This document shows positions 48,951-63,849 of a stretch of DNA of 64,000 nt, in pieces (position 1 is the first letter of the stretch; every line of letters begins with the position of its first letter). Below the pieces are notes generated by a model. It had not been told where the DNA came from. It made no database searches and worked only from the letters and a program-made list of their open reading frames with translations. Location: the NCBI GenBank assembly GCA_013265495.1, contig MU058198.1, forward strand, positions 186,001 through 250,000, in the 5' to 3' direction. Origin of the DNA: Vicugna vicugna. Its lineage: Eukaryota. A program made the position numbers and the translations under genes.

Positions 48951-51900
48951 TAAAGATTTTATTGTCCCATAGGTCATTCACTAGTTTTGTATTTGACTCA
49001 GAAATTGATTCCAGAATTCTCTTTTTGCACTAAATGGATGTGTGGATGTGGGTGTATATATGGTGGTATGTGTGTGTGTTAGTTTCTTCTAACCTCTTTG
49101 CCATCCTGCTGACTCCTTCACTGATGAGTTAAATACATCTTTGACAGAGGCGCACCATATATTTCCAATTCATTTTGCACGTGGAATAGTTTGGGTATCT
49201 CTTTTGTTGTCTTGGCTCTCCTCCCCTCCACCAAGTGTTTTATCAAGATGTTGTCCTAAATAAAGACAGGTCTGTTCCTAAGAGAAATTCTGATGCCTAC
49301 AGTTTTCCCCCACTCTGTTATTAAGAGGCTCTTTTTGCAACAGCATCCTCCTTCATGAGGCCAATGGCTGGGGCTGGCAGAGGGCTGGCAGTGGGCTGGC
49401 CTGCACGGATGAAAGGTAATGAGTTAATGACACTGGTGGTGGCGGATGCACAGCGGGGCTGGGGGAGGTACCAGCAAACGTCAAGCTGCCAGCGCCCACG
49501 TGGAGGAGAACAGGGCACGTGGAGCCTCTGAGGACTCCTGCAGGGCTTCTCCCCATCTCTCCCCTGCATCCATGCCTTCAGCACAGCTGGCAACTCGCCC
49601 CTGTGGATACATGGTGTCATTAATACGGACCAGTGCTCCCTAGAAACTTGACTCTGACAGGGCAATGTTACTGTTGGAGTCTTTCTATTGTAAGAGAAAT
49701 AGGAAAAACTCCAGGGGGCGCGGGGAAAAGTATAGGTTCCTGTGGAGGGGAAGCTCACTGAATGCCTGATTGTTGTTTGGTTCCATGGGGGGCAGGTGTT
49801 AATTAAATAGTCCGTGGACTGTGGGAGGTGGGCATTTCCCAGCCCAGGAGTGGGTGGGAAAAAAAGCACCCTTCCCTCAATTCAAGGTGGCCAGGAACAC
49901 TTTGAAAAAAATGCTCATCCTCATTACTTAACCCAAGAAGTATTGATGGAAACAAGTACCAGCAATGAATGTTATGATTTTTGTCTTCTTTCTACTGATT
50001 AGGGTGGAAATTGGTATTAGCTTCTTGAAAGCATTTTGGCAATAAATATATTACACATGTCAGTGTTTGTCCCAATCACTGCAGCTCGTACTGGGTCCTT
50101 GGTCAAGTCCAACCTAGTCCTAGAGGTTACAAGAAAGAATGGGCTAAAATTTATTATATTTTAAAAGTAGCTCTCTATTTTTAACTACACAAGTGATACA
50201 TGAATAGATGATCACTGTCAGAAAGAAAACATTAACAATAAAACTAAAATTCTCCCTTGGGACCATCACTCCCATCTCTGAGGTCCTCAATTTTATCAGT
50301 TTTGTGTGTTTTTCCAGACTTTTTATTCCATATTTGCAGATATATGTGTCTATAGAAATGTGAAGTATGATTCTGTGGGGGAGAATTTGGATATAAATGA
50401 CACAATATTTTATGCATTTTCCTGCAACTTGCTTTCATCACTCAACAACATGCCTTAGACATGGTTCATATTTGTACATAAAGACTGCATAGTGTTCCAC
50501 TGAACACACGTGTCATAGTTTATTAACATAGTTTATTTTAGGGCAGTGGTTCTCAACCTTGTTTATCCCCCATCTCCCTCTGCCATCGCTGGTGGAAGAT
50601 GTTCACATTCATAAAGTCCTCTAGAGAAGCAGAGTTATATGTCATAGCCTGGGAGCCTCTGCCCTTGCTCGGTCCCTTCCTTTCCCTCTTGGGAATGCAT
50701 ATTGGAAAGGAAGCAAAGAGTAACTATTGCTAGTGTGGGGTAAACTTGAACTCAGTCTTAAGAATACGAGTAAATCACTGACAGACCTCCTATTATTGTT
50801 AAACAGCTTGGAACATTTCTCGTGACTGGTCTGTCTATGCTTCCTTGGTCCCATCCAATAGGAGAGAGAGAAAAACCTCTCCTCCCACTGCGAGACTGAA
50901 CACTTCCTTATACACTAGGCTATTTGGCCATTCCAATTTGGGACTCTAGGCTCCCTCTGTGTAGAAAAAAGTTTGCCAAGCGGCCCATTCCAGCTTATGG
51001 AAGTCTATGAGAGTAAGTCATAGGAATGAAAGAGTGAGGGGCTAATTCTGCTCTTGGGGTCTGCAGATCAAGAGGGGAGAGGAGGCGTTCCAGGCACAGG
51101 GGGTGACCAATATGAGGAACCCCTCAGGACCCAACCCCCACGGCACATGTCTTGAATGCAGAGCTGAGTCCATGCTGCTTGTAGCTGAGGTCCAGGGAAA
51201 AGAGAGCCCGACTGAGCAGGACCCACGTGGGCAAGGTGCTCACGGTCTCACTTGTTGCAGAAAGTACCTGCATGGGGGGCTCTGTCCTAGGCGAGCAGAC
51301 AGCGGCCTTGATGCCAGGTGTCACCTGAGCTGTGTGTGGGAATCCCTACAGGTGGCCTGGCAGTGGGGAAGGAGGACAGCTCCGGACCCCCTGGGTTGCA
51401 GCAGTGATATTAAAAAGACCCAAGAGGGCCAGGACTCCGGGGCTGCCACTGCAGGTAGATGCAGTTCTCTCTTTGAAGAGATGATTAACTGGAATGAACA
51501 TCCTCTGGAGATCACGGGGTATTACAGGAGAAAGGGTCTGGGGCAACGAAGACATTCTCAAGTGCTCCGGATGGGAAAGCAAAGTCATCCAGCTTGAATG
51601 CTAAATGTTCCCTCCTTGTCCTCGCTGATGAAGCAGGACACCCCAATTACCATAATAATGAGTGTGAACATTTTTTGAGTGTCTGCTAGGTGGCAGCCAC
51701 CGTGTAAACACTTTTCGTGGAGTCTCTCACTCCGTCCTCGCAGCCTTCCGGTGAGTATTGGCATTCCCATTAGCGTCTCCAGCCGGAAGCTTGGAGACGT
51801 GAGGTACCTCGCCCAGGATTACACCCTGCAAGTAGTGCAGCTGGGATTTGAGCCCTGACTCCGACTCTGAGCCCACACTACTCGCCTTCCCACAACGGGC

Positions 51901-52625
51901 AGAGCCCCTGCAGCGAGGTTGTTGACAGGATTACGTGAGCTTCTATGGCTAAGGTCCCTGGCGCTCAGATGTTAGGAGGATGTTGTGCAGCTAAACCTGT
52001 GTTGAAGAAGAAAGCTCTGGAATCTTCTAACATAGCTTATTTGTGAGGGTCGGGAGAGGGAAGGTCTGGCTTCCACAAGAGAATTCTCCAGCTGGTCGCA
52101 GCTGCCTTAAAAAGATGGATGCTGGGATCTTGGTTCTGAAATTTGCTTCAAAGTAACAGAGGTCTGACTTTCCTGGCTTCTAAAAAATATGATTATGATT
52201 ATCCTTCAAACTGGCAAGTCACTTAGCTCTGCCCCATGTGTTTGTTTTGACAGTTGATAGCTCTCCCGATTCTCTCTGGCAGCTCTGCAGAGAAGATCCC
52301 ACCTATAAACTGAGAAAAAGAGGAACACATTCTCTCCAAGGACTCTTCGTTGGGGAGAGATGGGGTCCCGTCCTTCTCTGAGAAAGGCTGCAGTTAGCCT
52401 TCCATGGTTCCAACCCTCTCCACAGTTTGAAATTTAGACTTGGTTCCTCATGGACTTCTTATAGTAGATACGTTGTTTAGTTTAACATGGCTTCCATTAG
52501 TTCTCTTTTAATAAAATAGTGTCTCTAATTCCTTTTGGGAATCCGTGTCTCCTCTGCTCTCAGCCATGACAGGTAGGCGTGTAAATTAGTGCAGACATTT
52601 GGGAGGGCTGTCTGACTACACTGAA

Positions 52626-53060
52626 TGTATTCATCTGGGTCCTCCGAGAAGCAGATGCCAAGATGAATTGCGTGCGAGGATTTTGTTAGAGGAAATACCA
52701 GTGTGAAAGACAGCAGGGAGGGAGCCAGGGAAGGCTGGTGAAGCCATCAGACTTGGATACAAATTTGACCCTCCAGTGAAGGAGAGAGGGTGGGGGCATC
52801 CTAGACTGTCCTGCAGTCTAAGGCAAGTTCAGCAAGGCCATTTGGGTGTTTTTGAGCCAAAGTCCACCAACAATATCCTGTGTTCCCCAGGAACAGGGCT
52901 GCCTCAGGACCCCGCCTCACCTCATTGCCTGGGAGCAACGTATGGGAGCTAAGCCTCTGAGCAAACCAAGGGATGGATTTCAACCACAAAACTGGGGCCC
53001 TCAGTCAGTTATGTCCCTAGTCGTAGGAGATCTTTGAGGTGCGTTGTCTTGGCCAGCACA
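52626..53060 (-). mobile_element. LTR16-like ERVL LTR
   Basis: GGGTCCTCCGAGAAGCAGATGCCAAGATG...; ends GGCCAGCACA. Confidence 0.55.
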
Positions 53061-54183
53061 GTACTCATGCCCAGAAAACAGCCCACTGCTAAAAGCTCAC
53101 AAGTGGTGGCCTCTGGCTGGTGGGATTACAGAACACGTACAACCTGCACACAAGCGCATACACACACACACACACACACACACTTTTTTCTGTGTTTGTT
53201 TTTGTAGTCCACATACATGTTTTTATAATGAAAAAGTATCCCTATTTTTAGAATGTGTATACACTTTGAACTGGCAACTCCAGTTCTAAGACTATATCTC
53301 TAAGAAATTCATTGAATATGCATATAGAGATGCTTATCACTGGGTACTTTGTAATAGTGAAAAATTAGATGCAAACTGAAAGATTAACAATAGAAGAATC
53401 ATTAAATATGATTTGATAATATCCACACAAGGGGATCCTATGCTTCATTTGCAGTGATTGTATGGGTGATATATATTCATTGTCACGAGCACCAGCCTAT
53501 CTGTCTATCATTTAGATTGCTCTAAAAACAGCTCTTTAATGTCTCTATTTACCCATTCATCCATCTATCAGTCCATGCATCAATCCATCATTTTTCTATT
53601 ATTTACCATTGATCTATCTATTCTCTCTCCCTCTCTCTCTCTTTCATCTCCCTTGGATTATGCTCAGGCTCGGTTGCCTGGCTTCCCAGCCCACAGCATC
53701 TCAGCAGCAACAACCTACAAAAGATGGGGGATTCTGTGGGCTGTCAGACTGGCACAGTGACACCCAGATATGATGACAGGAGACAAAAATACCTGAAGTC
53801 GATACAGCGCACATGACCCTGAGTCATCAAGAAAAGACTAATTCTCTTGAGTATCTTCTGTTTAAGGAAGGAGGGCAATGTATAATACGGCTTTCTAAAC
53901 CATATAATATGTATCGTTCTAAACCGTATGTCATTGAAACCAGTTTTTCCACTCAAAATGGAAAAAGTAGAGCTAGTTGGGATGCTTGAGGAATGAGTTT
54001 TGTTTTTCCTGTGTAGAGCTCTTTATTTCCCAAAGCTGCCTGATAAATCACAGAGCTGGAAGGAACTGTGTCTCCATTTTAAACAGGAGAAAATGAAAAC
54101 TCAGAGAAGTTAAGCCGCTTTCATGAGGTCACACAGTAAGTGGCAGTGGTGGGGTCTGAACCCATGTCTTCTTGATTCCAGAT

Positions 54184-55100
54184 GTGGTAACACAGAGATG
54201 CACCACCAGACCCTCACCTTCAAGGAAGGGGAGGGGCTTCCAGCTGTCAGTTCCTTCGGGGTCAGCCTCAGCTGCAGAGAGCTGCCTTAATCGAAGTCAC
54301 ATCCTTTCCAGGGAACCCACATTAGTGACTGAATGAACTACGGGTCTAAAGGCCTGGCCCCTTCAGCCCTATGTGGTCCACTCAGATGGGCATCAGATCT
54401 CCCTGCCAGGTGGGCTGATAATCTGTCAGGCTGCATCTCAGCTCTACTACTTCCTCTGTCTTCCCTTCACAGGCATTGATCCCTAATAAACGTCTCCTAC
54501 TTCAAAGTTACTGTGTCAGCACCTGCTTCCTGAGAACCTGATCTGGAGCCACTGATACTAGGAGTAGTCGAGGAAGCAGGTGACACGGGATTTAGGGGCT
54601 GGGCTGCTTACCCCCGGGCTGGGGTGCTTACTCCTGGGCTGGCGATCAGTGGTGGTGGGGGGAACAGGCAGCCCCTGGCACAAGGTGGTGTCCAACTGTT
54701 CAAATGTTCATGGAGTATATGGGAGGGTGTAGTGGGGACGGAATGCACCAGCAGGAGCGAGGTGTCAGGTAGTTGATGAACAGAGAAAATGGTACCTATA
54801 AGCACAACTAGATTGGGTGGCTATGGCTATAAGACTTTGATGCTCTGCAGAAAGATTTAAAACAGCTAAGGATGAGTAAAAGGCTCTTGCTCCAGGCGTG
54901 AAAGCCAAACAGTCTCTCTGGTTGCAGACAAAGCAGTTTTCATCTCCTTTGTCGGGAGAGCAAGCACACCAAGCCCAGGACTCAGAGTGCCAGAACTTCA
55001 AGGCAGTTAAGCGCCCAACCAAGACAATGCTACATTCAGGGCCCTGGTTGGGACCCTGACAATGGGATGGGGTCATCCGGGTGGTGCCCCCAAAGATGTT
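54184..55100 (+). mobile_element. LTR16-like 5' LTR plus start of ERVL-type internal region
   Basis: TGTGGTAACACAGAGATGCACCACCAGA...CCCTAATAAAC...CTGCTTCCTGAGAACC, followed by a PBS-like TGATACTAGGAGTAGT at ~54552. Confidence 0.6.
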
Positions 55101-55158
55101 TCCATTTTGGGGGCTATTATGAATAATGCTGCTATGACCATTTGTGTTTTAAAAAAAA

Positions 55159-55291
55159 TTTTTCTGGGGGGAAGTAATTAGGTTAATTTGCTTATTTAGT
55201 TATTTATTTATTTTAATGGAGACACTGGGGATCGAACCCAGCACCTCATGCATGCTAAGCATGCGCTCTACCACTGAGCTATTCCCTCCCC
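55159..55291 (-). mobile_element. Vic-1-like SINE inserted in an L1 relic
   Basis: CTGGGGATCGAACCCAG...CATGCTAAGCATGCGCTCTACCACTGAGCTA. Confidence 0.9.
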
Positions 55292-55845
55292 TGGCCATTC
55301 ATATCTGAATACCTGTTTTCTTGTGTATTTACCCAGAATTGGGATTGCTGGGCCTATATGGTAATTCTCTGTTTAACTTTTTGAAGAAGTGCCAAACTGT
55401 CTTCCAGAACGGCTTCACCATTTTACACTCCCACCAGCAGAGTATGAGTTTGGTGACATTTTTCATTTTCCTTTGGGGAACCACCTTCCTCTTCTGGGCC
55501 CATGTGGTTCTGAACATAGTAGCCCCGACCCCTCCCTGCCCAGCCATGTGCATCTAAGCCATGAGTCTAGCCAACCAAGAATATGCCAAATTTGGCAATA
55601 ATATGCCAAAGAGATTGCTTCAAGAATGAGCATGTGCCCTGAGCCAGGCCAATGAGATTCAACTTTGAAGTTAGAACAAACTTTGGATTTTGACTACTTG
55701 GACCAATAAATCCATCATCTTTTATTTATTAAGTCAGTTTCTGTTGGGTTTCCTGTCACTGGTGACCAAGCGATCACTCTGAATCTTAAGATTTGCTTGT
55801 TAAAAATCTCTGTCCAGGAGATTTATCTCCTCTGTGTGTTTTACA

Positions 55846-55851
55846 TTTATT
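55846..55851 (-). promoter_or_regulatory. Candidate polyadenylation signal (AATAAA) for CLEC19A
   Basis: TTTATT on + strand about 75 nt past the stop codon; further AATAAA copies at 55721-55730. Confidence 0.5.
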
Positions 55852-55924
55852 GAGTGTCGACTTTACATTAGCACACTATAAGTTGATGCTGGAGTTGGGC
55901 TCACTTCAAGAGAGCGAGACCAGA

Positions 55925-56107
<183 letters not shown>

Positions 56108-57255
56108 TCAACGCTGGCATCCCTTTCTTGCTGATGCTTGACGAGGCCACTGTCCAGCCTCAAGGTTTCATGAGGTTGGTCTTGCCACCGTGGAGGGTCA
56201 GGACAAACCTCACCCAGAGGCTTGGCCCAGCTCTGGCTACCAGAATCAAGGATGGCTCCCAGGATAGCAAGTCGCTGTACCATGCCTCCCTCCCCTAATC
56301 AGAAAAAGAAAAAGGAGCAAAGAGGGAATAGTGGTTCAGTGCTTGGATCTGCTGTAGATCTAAGTTTGAAACCCAGCTCCATACCTATTTGCTGCACAAC
56401 CTCGAAAAAAATCACTTAACTTCCTTGAGCCTCAGTTTCTTCATCTGCAAAATGGAAATATTAGTTTTTACTTCTCAAGATTGGTATGAGCAATGACAAC
56501 GTTGTTCATGAAGATGGAGGTGTTTGCTGATACCACATGCAAACCACAGCAGCCACTTTATGTCTCTTACCTTCTTTTTCCTTTACATCAACCCTGAGAG
56601 TTAAGTGTCATTAGCCCCATTTTGCAGATGAAGAACCTGAGGCACGAAGAGGTTAAGGTACTTACTTTGGGCTATACAACTCATAAACGGTGGCGCTATA
56701 AACTCATATAACTGCCAGATTGACTCCAGATTCCATGCTCTTGCCACTGTGCTGTATCAACTGTACCTCATTTTAATGCTGAGAACAGCCCTGGGGGGAG
56801 GAACAATCATTGAATCCATTTTACAGAAGAGGAAACGGAATCTCAGAGAGAATAAGTAATTGCCTGCAAGGACACAGAGCTAAAAAAGCAACTTGAACCC
56901 AGCTGGATACTCTTTTCACTACTACACCGGGGCGCTCCTCCAGGCGTACCTCTGTTCTAATACCCAGGAGCGCAAGCCACCTTTGGTGCATCAGTGAGGC
57001 AACATTAAAGCACCATCCTTTGGTCTCTATACAAGTTTCTTTTCTTTTTTTTTTCACATTTCTACCTCTAATGCCTTTTCATTCAAATCAGTTTGCATGT
57101 CAACAAAGCACCATTAAATACTGTTTAAAATGTATCCCCCCCGTAGAGAATGGCCAGGCCTCTAATGCTCCCAATGACCTCTGGTCACTCTCCAAGGTGC
57201 TGAATCACTCACCAGTGTCCAGGCTATCCCCAGTCCTGCAAGAGCCCTGGTGTCA

Positions 57256-57483
<228 letters not shown>

Positions 57484-57547
57484 CTAACATCTGCATCTCT
57501 AATAGTGCAGGAGTCCTCACTTTGATCTGATATACTATTATTATCAC

Positions 57548-58402
57548 CATTACTGAATTCAAGCAGGACCCTGTGGGGCCCTCCCAGGTGCAAAAAACCA
57601 CTCCGTGTCCCCTGTCCCTTGTCTGTAGAAAAGCTATAGTCTCCCAGGCCTCCTCTGAGTCACAAAAGAGAGGGCTCAAGCAGTTAACAGTTAGGACAAT
57701 AGAGTCACAGAATCTTTAGTTCCTCCCTGAAGGACATGGATAACAGTGTCCAATGCACATTCCTGAGTTGTTTTGCAGACACTATAACTGCCACCAGAGG
57801 GAAAAAGCTAAATGCACAATGACCAGAATGTAGCCATGAAATAAGCCTCCATCTTGAGCAGCACTGAATCTATGGCTTGCACCAATTCCAAGAACTGGCC
57901 TCGAGGAAATGGGAACAAATCAGCCCTGGAGTTGAAGATAAACTGTTCTTAAAACAGTCACGATGACACTGATCAGACCACTCGATGACCGGTTTCAAGA
58001 TGACTGTTGGAGTTGACTGTGCTGTTCTGCACTAGCCCCCCAACCTGTGCACACCTGAAACTTCCCCTTTAAAACCTTTGTCGGGGGAGGGTATAGTTCA
58101 GTGGCAGAGTGCATGCCTAGCGTGCATGAGATCCTGGGTTCAATCCCTAGCACCCTCATTTAAACAAACAAACAAACCAACCTAATCCCCTTCCCCCCAA
58201 AAACTAAAAAAAAAAACAAAACCTTTGTCCCGGATTGGCAGCTGAAAGGTGGTTTTGGGGACGCCAGTCCACTATCTCCCTCAGGTTGCCAGCTTCCTGA
58301 ATAAAGTATCTTTCTTACTTCAACAACCCTTGTCTCTCAGACACTGACTTTTGAGCGATGAGCAGCAGAACCTGAGTTTGGGTCCGGCTCTGGCCGGTAA
58401 CC
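57548..58402 (+). mobile_element. ERV1-type solo LTR in a CLEC19A intron (antisense to the gene), containing a SINE
   Basis: U3-like body, AATAAA near 58300, U5-like CTTTTGAGCGATGAGCAGCAGAACCTGAGTT...GGTAAC; possible 4-bp TSD TCAC/TCCC. Confidence 0.65.
58083..58217 (+). mobile_element. Vic-1-like SINE with a 12-bp TSD
   Basis: TSD AAAACCTTTGTC at 58071-58082 and 58218-58229. Confidence 0.9.
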
Positions 58403-59356
58403 TCCCTAACTGCCATTTGTTGGGGGCTTATTATGTGCTCATTATGAGTAAGGCCAGGTGTGCTTTGCTCATTTTATCATCACCATCTTGCAAAGCAGGC
58501 ATCATCGTCTCCATTTTGCAGATGGGAAAACTGAGACTCAGAGTAGTCTACCCAAATTCACACAGTTAATAGAGCATTAGTGCTAGGATTCAAACCTAGA
58601 TTGACCTGACTCCAGTACTCAAGACCCCAACTACTACACTTAAAATTTTTTTTTGCCAATGGATGGGAGTCACACTTCATCTCTTTTCTTTTGCCCAAGT
58701 AGTGTGTATTTTTCTTGCCTGCTGTGGAACCACTTTGTCCGATTACAAGAAAAGTCCCACTGGGGATTTGATCGGTGTTACAATAAATGTGCAAATTAAC
58801 TACGGAAAGAACTACTTCTTTGCAATGTCCTGGAACGAAAGTCATTTCTCCATTTATTCACATTTTTAGAAAGATCTCCCCCAAAGCACAGACAATTGTG
58901 GAGACTATGTCATATAATGGAAACTGCAGGCTCCCTCTGAGAGACTAGAGCTTGAGATTCCAACTGGATCTACTCTGTAGCTCTGCAATCTGGAATAGTT
59001 AACTCTCTGAGCCTCAGTTTCCACACCTATAAAATGGAGCTAATATCTCCCTTTAAAAATTATTGTGAGGATTGTACGAACTAAAAGCATGTAAAAACTT
59101 AGCTAATACCTGGCATGTGGTGTCTAGTCCTGAAAAGAAAAATTGAAAAATAAGCCCTTTTACTGCATTGTTTGTTATTCTTGTTAGGTCTTATAATACA
59201 AAGTCCTTAAATCTAATTAAGTATATTCATAAGTCAATTTTAAGGTTACTAAAATTAGGGATGTAAAAGTTGATTGAATTAAGGTAAAAGCGTGTAGGAG
59301 AATCAGTAGGTGTGACCAGGCTTTATGTGAAATGTTTGCATCTGATTGTATTACGG

Positions 59357-59519
59357 TGCTGATGAAAAATTAATCAGTTGATCTAAGAAAGAAATGGAAA
59401 ATTTTATTCAAGCCAAATTTGAGGATTATAACCCAGGAAGAGAACCTCAGAAAGCTCTCAGAACAGTCCCGCTGGTTAGAAATCCAACATTTTGGTTTTT
59501 TAAGGTTACAACTTCGACA
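59357..59519 (-). mobile_element. Short, internally deleted ERV1-like LTR relic
   Basis: TG...CA bounded; TTTTATTCAAGCCAAATTTGAGGATTATAACCCAGGAAGA...CTCAGAAAGCTCT resembles artiodactyl ERV1 LTR ends. Confidence 0.45.
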
Positions 59520-60191
59520 TGGGTTCTTGTCCGATGAATTCTATTGATTTGTAAAAGCACCCATCCTGAGTCTGGCCACTCCTGTTACTTCTGTTCCTCT
59601 GGCAGCAACTCCAACCACCCTTAATGAGCTCCCACCGTGTGCCAAGCACAGGCTAAGTCCTTCACAAACAGTAGCTCATTTACTTTTTACAACCAGGCAC
59701 TATTATTATCATCACATTTTACAGCTGAGGAAATTGAAGCTCAAAGACATAGGAAAAAAGAAAAAAAAATTGCCCCAAGTCACCTACCATCCAAGGAAGT
59801 GGGAGAACAGGGGCGGGAATTGGAACTGGAGCCCTACTCCCTGCGGCACTCTGAGGCAGGGCTGGAAGCATACGTGCAGGAGAGATGCTCAGCACGCAGC
59901 TGGCCCAGGGAAAGCTGGAGACAAAAACTCCAGATGGAGTCTGCTGTGCTATTGCCAGGGATGAGGTCTGGCCCACGCCACCTTCTTCTGCCTTATTCTC
60001 CATGATTCCACCCACCTCTGCTCCACTCTGCATCCCAGACACACTGGTCCTTAACGTCTTTGAGTGCGCCACGATCTCTCCCACCTCAGGACTTTTGTCC
60101 ATGCTGTTCCCTCTACCTGGAATGTCCTTCCTCTGGCTGACTCCTATTTTTCCATTAGACATTAACTTAAATGTCTCTTGCCCACAGAGGC

Positions 60192-60643
60192 TGTGGCAGC
60201 CATAGACGTGCACTGCTCAGAGCTCTCCAAGAGGACCAGCTGAGGGAGTATGGCTGACTGACAGCCCCTTAGATCCACCACTGCACTCACAGTGAGACCA
60301 CGCTCCCTCCATGCTGTTCACAGGTAGTGATCCAGCATGTCAGAAGTGCTAATCCTGGCCCACTCCTGCCCAGTGGGAGAGTCCTGGAATGGGCATCCTT
60401 TGCCTGCTGATGCCCCATTGGCTTAGTTGAGACTTTCCAGAGTGGTGTTGTGATCTGAGGCTCTTCCCTCCCAGTCCTTCCTGCCCACTCTGCTTTCACA
60501 GTCTCAGACCCACGTCATGGTCTGAAGGCCAATCCTGCCTCCTCATACCCTCTTTTGTCCTTAGCAGATATTTTCCCTCAAAAACCTCTTGCCCATCTAA
60601 CCACGTTTTGGCGTCAGCTTTTTGGAGAACCCAAACCCAAGCA
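60192..60643 (+). mobile_element. LTR16-like solo LTR with a perfect 5-bp TSD
   Basis: TG...CA termini with GAGGC at 60187-60191 and 60644-60648; 5-bp TSDs are characteristic of ERVL-class elements. Confidence 0.8.
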
Positions 60644-60814
60644 GAGGCCTTCATTGCCACCCAATACGTTCCCATCATACCCTCTTTCACAACGTTGATC
60701 ATACACTAACTGGGGCGTCTTGGCATCTGATTTCTCTTGGTCTGCTGGGCACATAGCGGTGACCTAATGCATCGGGTCCATGGGAAAGGCTGGTTGAATC
60801 AAAATGGAATCTTA

Positions 60815-60982
<168 letters not shown>

Positions 60983-63528
60983 TTATTGCCTCTTTGCATA
61001 GGAGGGAGTTGAAAATTGAAAGCAGCCCTCCTGGACCAAAGTAAATAGAGGATGTGATGCAATCCCACTTTCTCCTCAAACTTCTTAACTAGGTCACCCA
61101 TAGGGGATGTCCTCTCACGGACATCTCTGGATTTGGTCCATGCCAGCCCAAAGTGGGACTTAGCACTGCTACTCATCCTAGAAATTTAAATCCATCTCAA
61201 AAAGACTAGCAAACAAGATGGCTTATATTGAAGAGACAAAGAAAGGCATTGACACTGCATTGTACACATCAAATAACTCAATGAAAATCTCCACTGGGTG
61301 TTTTGGTTCTTTCTCAAAAATGCTCCTTACACTGCCAGTCCTCTGGATCTGTTCTCATAGAACATCTTCAAAATCTTTTGTTTGGCTGGAAAATTCAGCA
61401 GTACCAAAGTCCTGCAGCTGACACTCCCTCCTTCTCAGCAGGTGTCTTGGTCTGCTATTTCCTAGCTAAGGACTCTGGCTTGGAGAGTTCATGTGACTTG
61501 GTCAAGATCACACAGGTAGGAAGTGGTGGAGTGGGGACTAGTCTAGGACTGCCTGACTCTAATGCCCTCAATCATTGCACATAACATCTCCCACTGGTTT
61601 CTTCATTTGGAACATCTGCTGTCCCCATTCCCTAAGCTTCCCAAACCTTCAAGGTCCTGATTCAGGACTAGTTCTTCCAGGAAACCTTTTGTGAGTACCC
61701 TCTGTCCATCCTTGACCCTTCGTAGCACAAAGTTTCCACACTCCCAAGGAAAGGCTGGTTCATTTGGTTTTCTGTTTCTCTAGGTCTGTTCTCCCCAAAT
61801 GGGCTGCAAGGACCACACAGACTGAGATCATGCCTTGTTTCTACTGACATCTTCTCTCGCACCGTCAGCAGGCTCTCTCCATGCTGTTTCAAGGCTCTCG
61901 TCAGGCTCTTCTTGATGTTCCAAGACTGTGTGTTCTGTCCAACATGAGAGTGGTACGATTTCTGGGGACAAAGTGTTCTTCGGTCCAGCAGGTCTTTGCC
62001 TTTGGCCCTACCCAGCTGGGTCAGCACTGGCCATCCCGAGTGCCCCTGCCATGCACAACTCAGGCTGTCCCACGTCACCTGCTGAACATGCATGTGGAAC
62101 AGTCACCTGGTGGAGTGTCTGCCCAGCATTTCTGGCACCAGTGCCTTCTTTGTTCAGTGGCACTTGCTCAGGAAACTATTTCAATAATTCTCTGCATTTT
62201 CCTCATCTCTGTTCAAAATCACTGGAGGATAGAAAGGCCCAAGGTGCTACTGCATGTAATAAGGAGCAGAGATCAAATGAACTTAATTCAATTCAACTGT
62301 CATTTGAAAGAAAGATGGAAATTATTAGCTAAGCTGCAAGTATGAGAATCTTAAATTGTAATCAGATGCTCCAAGAACATAAAGACTGTGTGTTTAATTA
62401 TAAAGGAAAAGAACAAAGTGACAAAGCATGAAAAAAATGGCAGAATTATAGAACTGGATTGTGTCTCCAAGACAAGATGTAATTAGAGATTTTATAATAC
62501 TGTCTAGCTTTATGAGAACCGAACTTCATGCATAACAGATGAATGTGTTGTGCAAATTCAACTCTTCTACGTGTTTTCGGGAAAGTGCTGTATGCCAAAG
62601 TGGAAAACTACCTGTAGAAGATAGAATTCAAGACTTTTTTTTGAAACTAAAATTGAGGACCCCTTTGTGAATTTGTGATTTGTTGGCAACAGAACATATC
62701 ACACTTGACTTCAAAAAACCCACAAATTAGCACAGAAGCCAGATGTGAAAAGAAGTCACTAAAGTGATGAAGAAAGTGCTCTGGGAGAGGTGGGTGGTGA
62801 GTGCCGTCAGGTGCAGACTGGGAAGTCAGGGGTGATTTCGGTGGAGAAATGTTGTCACAGCTGAGTCTGGAGGGTGCATCTACCTGGAGGAGAAGACAGG
62901 GATGGGAATTCCCAGCAGAGGGAACAGAATGTGCAAAGGTACGCAGGAGTAAATGGGCTGGACCGGACTGGAGAACTTTGAGATGGTCGGTGTGGCTGGG
63001 GCTCGGGAGGCACGGACGAACGCTGAAGGAGGCCCTGGTGGGTGGGCTATGGAATCCAACGGCTCAGGTGCAAATCCCAGCCCCACCACTTTATAACTGT
63101 GCCACTTAGCAAGTTACTTATCTTCTTGGAGTCTCAGGTTCTGTGTCTGTGAAATGAGGATACCTACCTGATATGGTTTGAGGGAGCTCTAATATGATGA
63201 TGCTTATGAACTCTTGGCAAATGAATGTCCATTTTTATGCCAAATATCATGTTCTTTATATGCGTATTATTTGAGTTGTATCATAGGGTCCAACCCCGGT
63301 GATACAGAGCAGGGCACAGCACCAGATCAGCACTTAGAAAGGTGACCTCCCAGCCTGCCGTTTGTTACCTTCCTAAATGTTTTGTCCTCTACTGCCAAGG
63401 CCAGTTTCATGACAAACTGGGCAAGAAAAAACTTAGCTTCAACTACCAAAGAGACACACCTGTGGGAAACACCATTCTCTAGGAAGGAGGTGCTTGGTTG
63501 GGCTACAGAGAATGGAGGAGTCCACTCA

Positions 63529-63813
<285 letters not shown>

Positions 63814-63849
63814 CTAAAATCTGCAAAATAATAAAAGTAATATATGTGT

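Noticed and set aside
49321..49869. 182-aa minus-strand ORF; also 51103..51597, 59719..60213 and 61881..62345
   Set aside because: No domain motifs or exon-like boundaries, several start at non-ATG codons, and some overlap L2/MIR relics or CLEC19A introns.
51683..51700. CTCF-like CTGCTAGGTGGCAG; also CCTCTAGGGGGCCA on the minus strand near 39933-39946
   Set aside because: Two mismatches each to the core; the first lies in MIR/L2-like sequence. Too weak to call.
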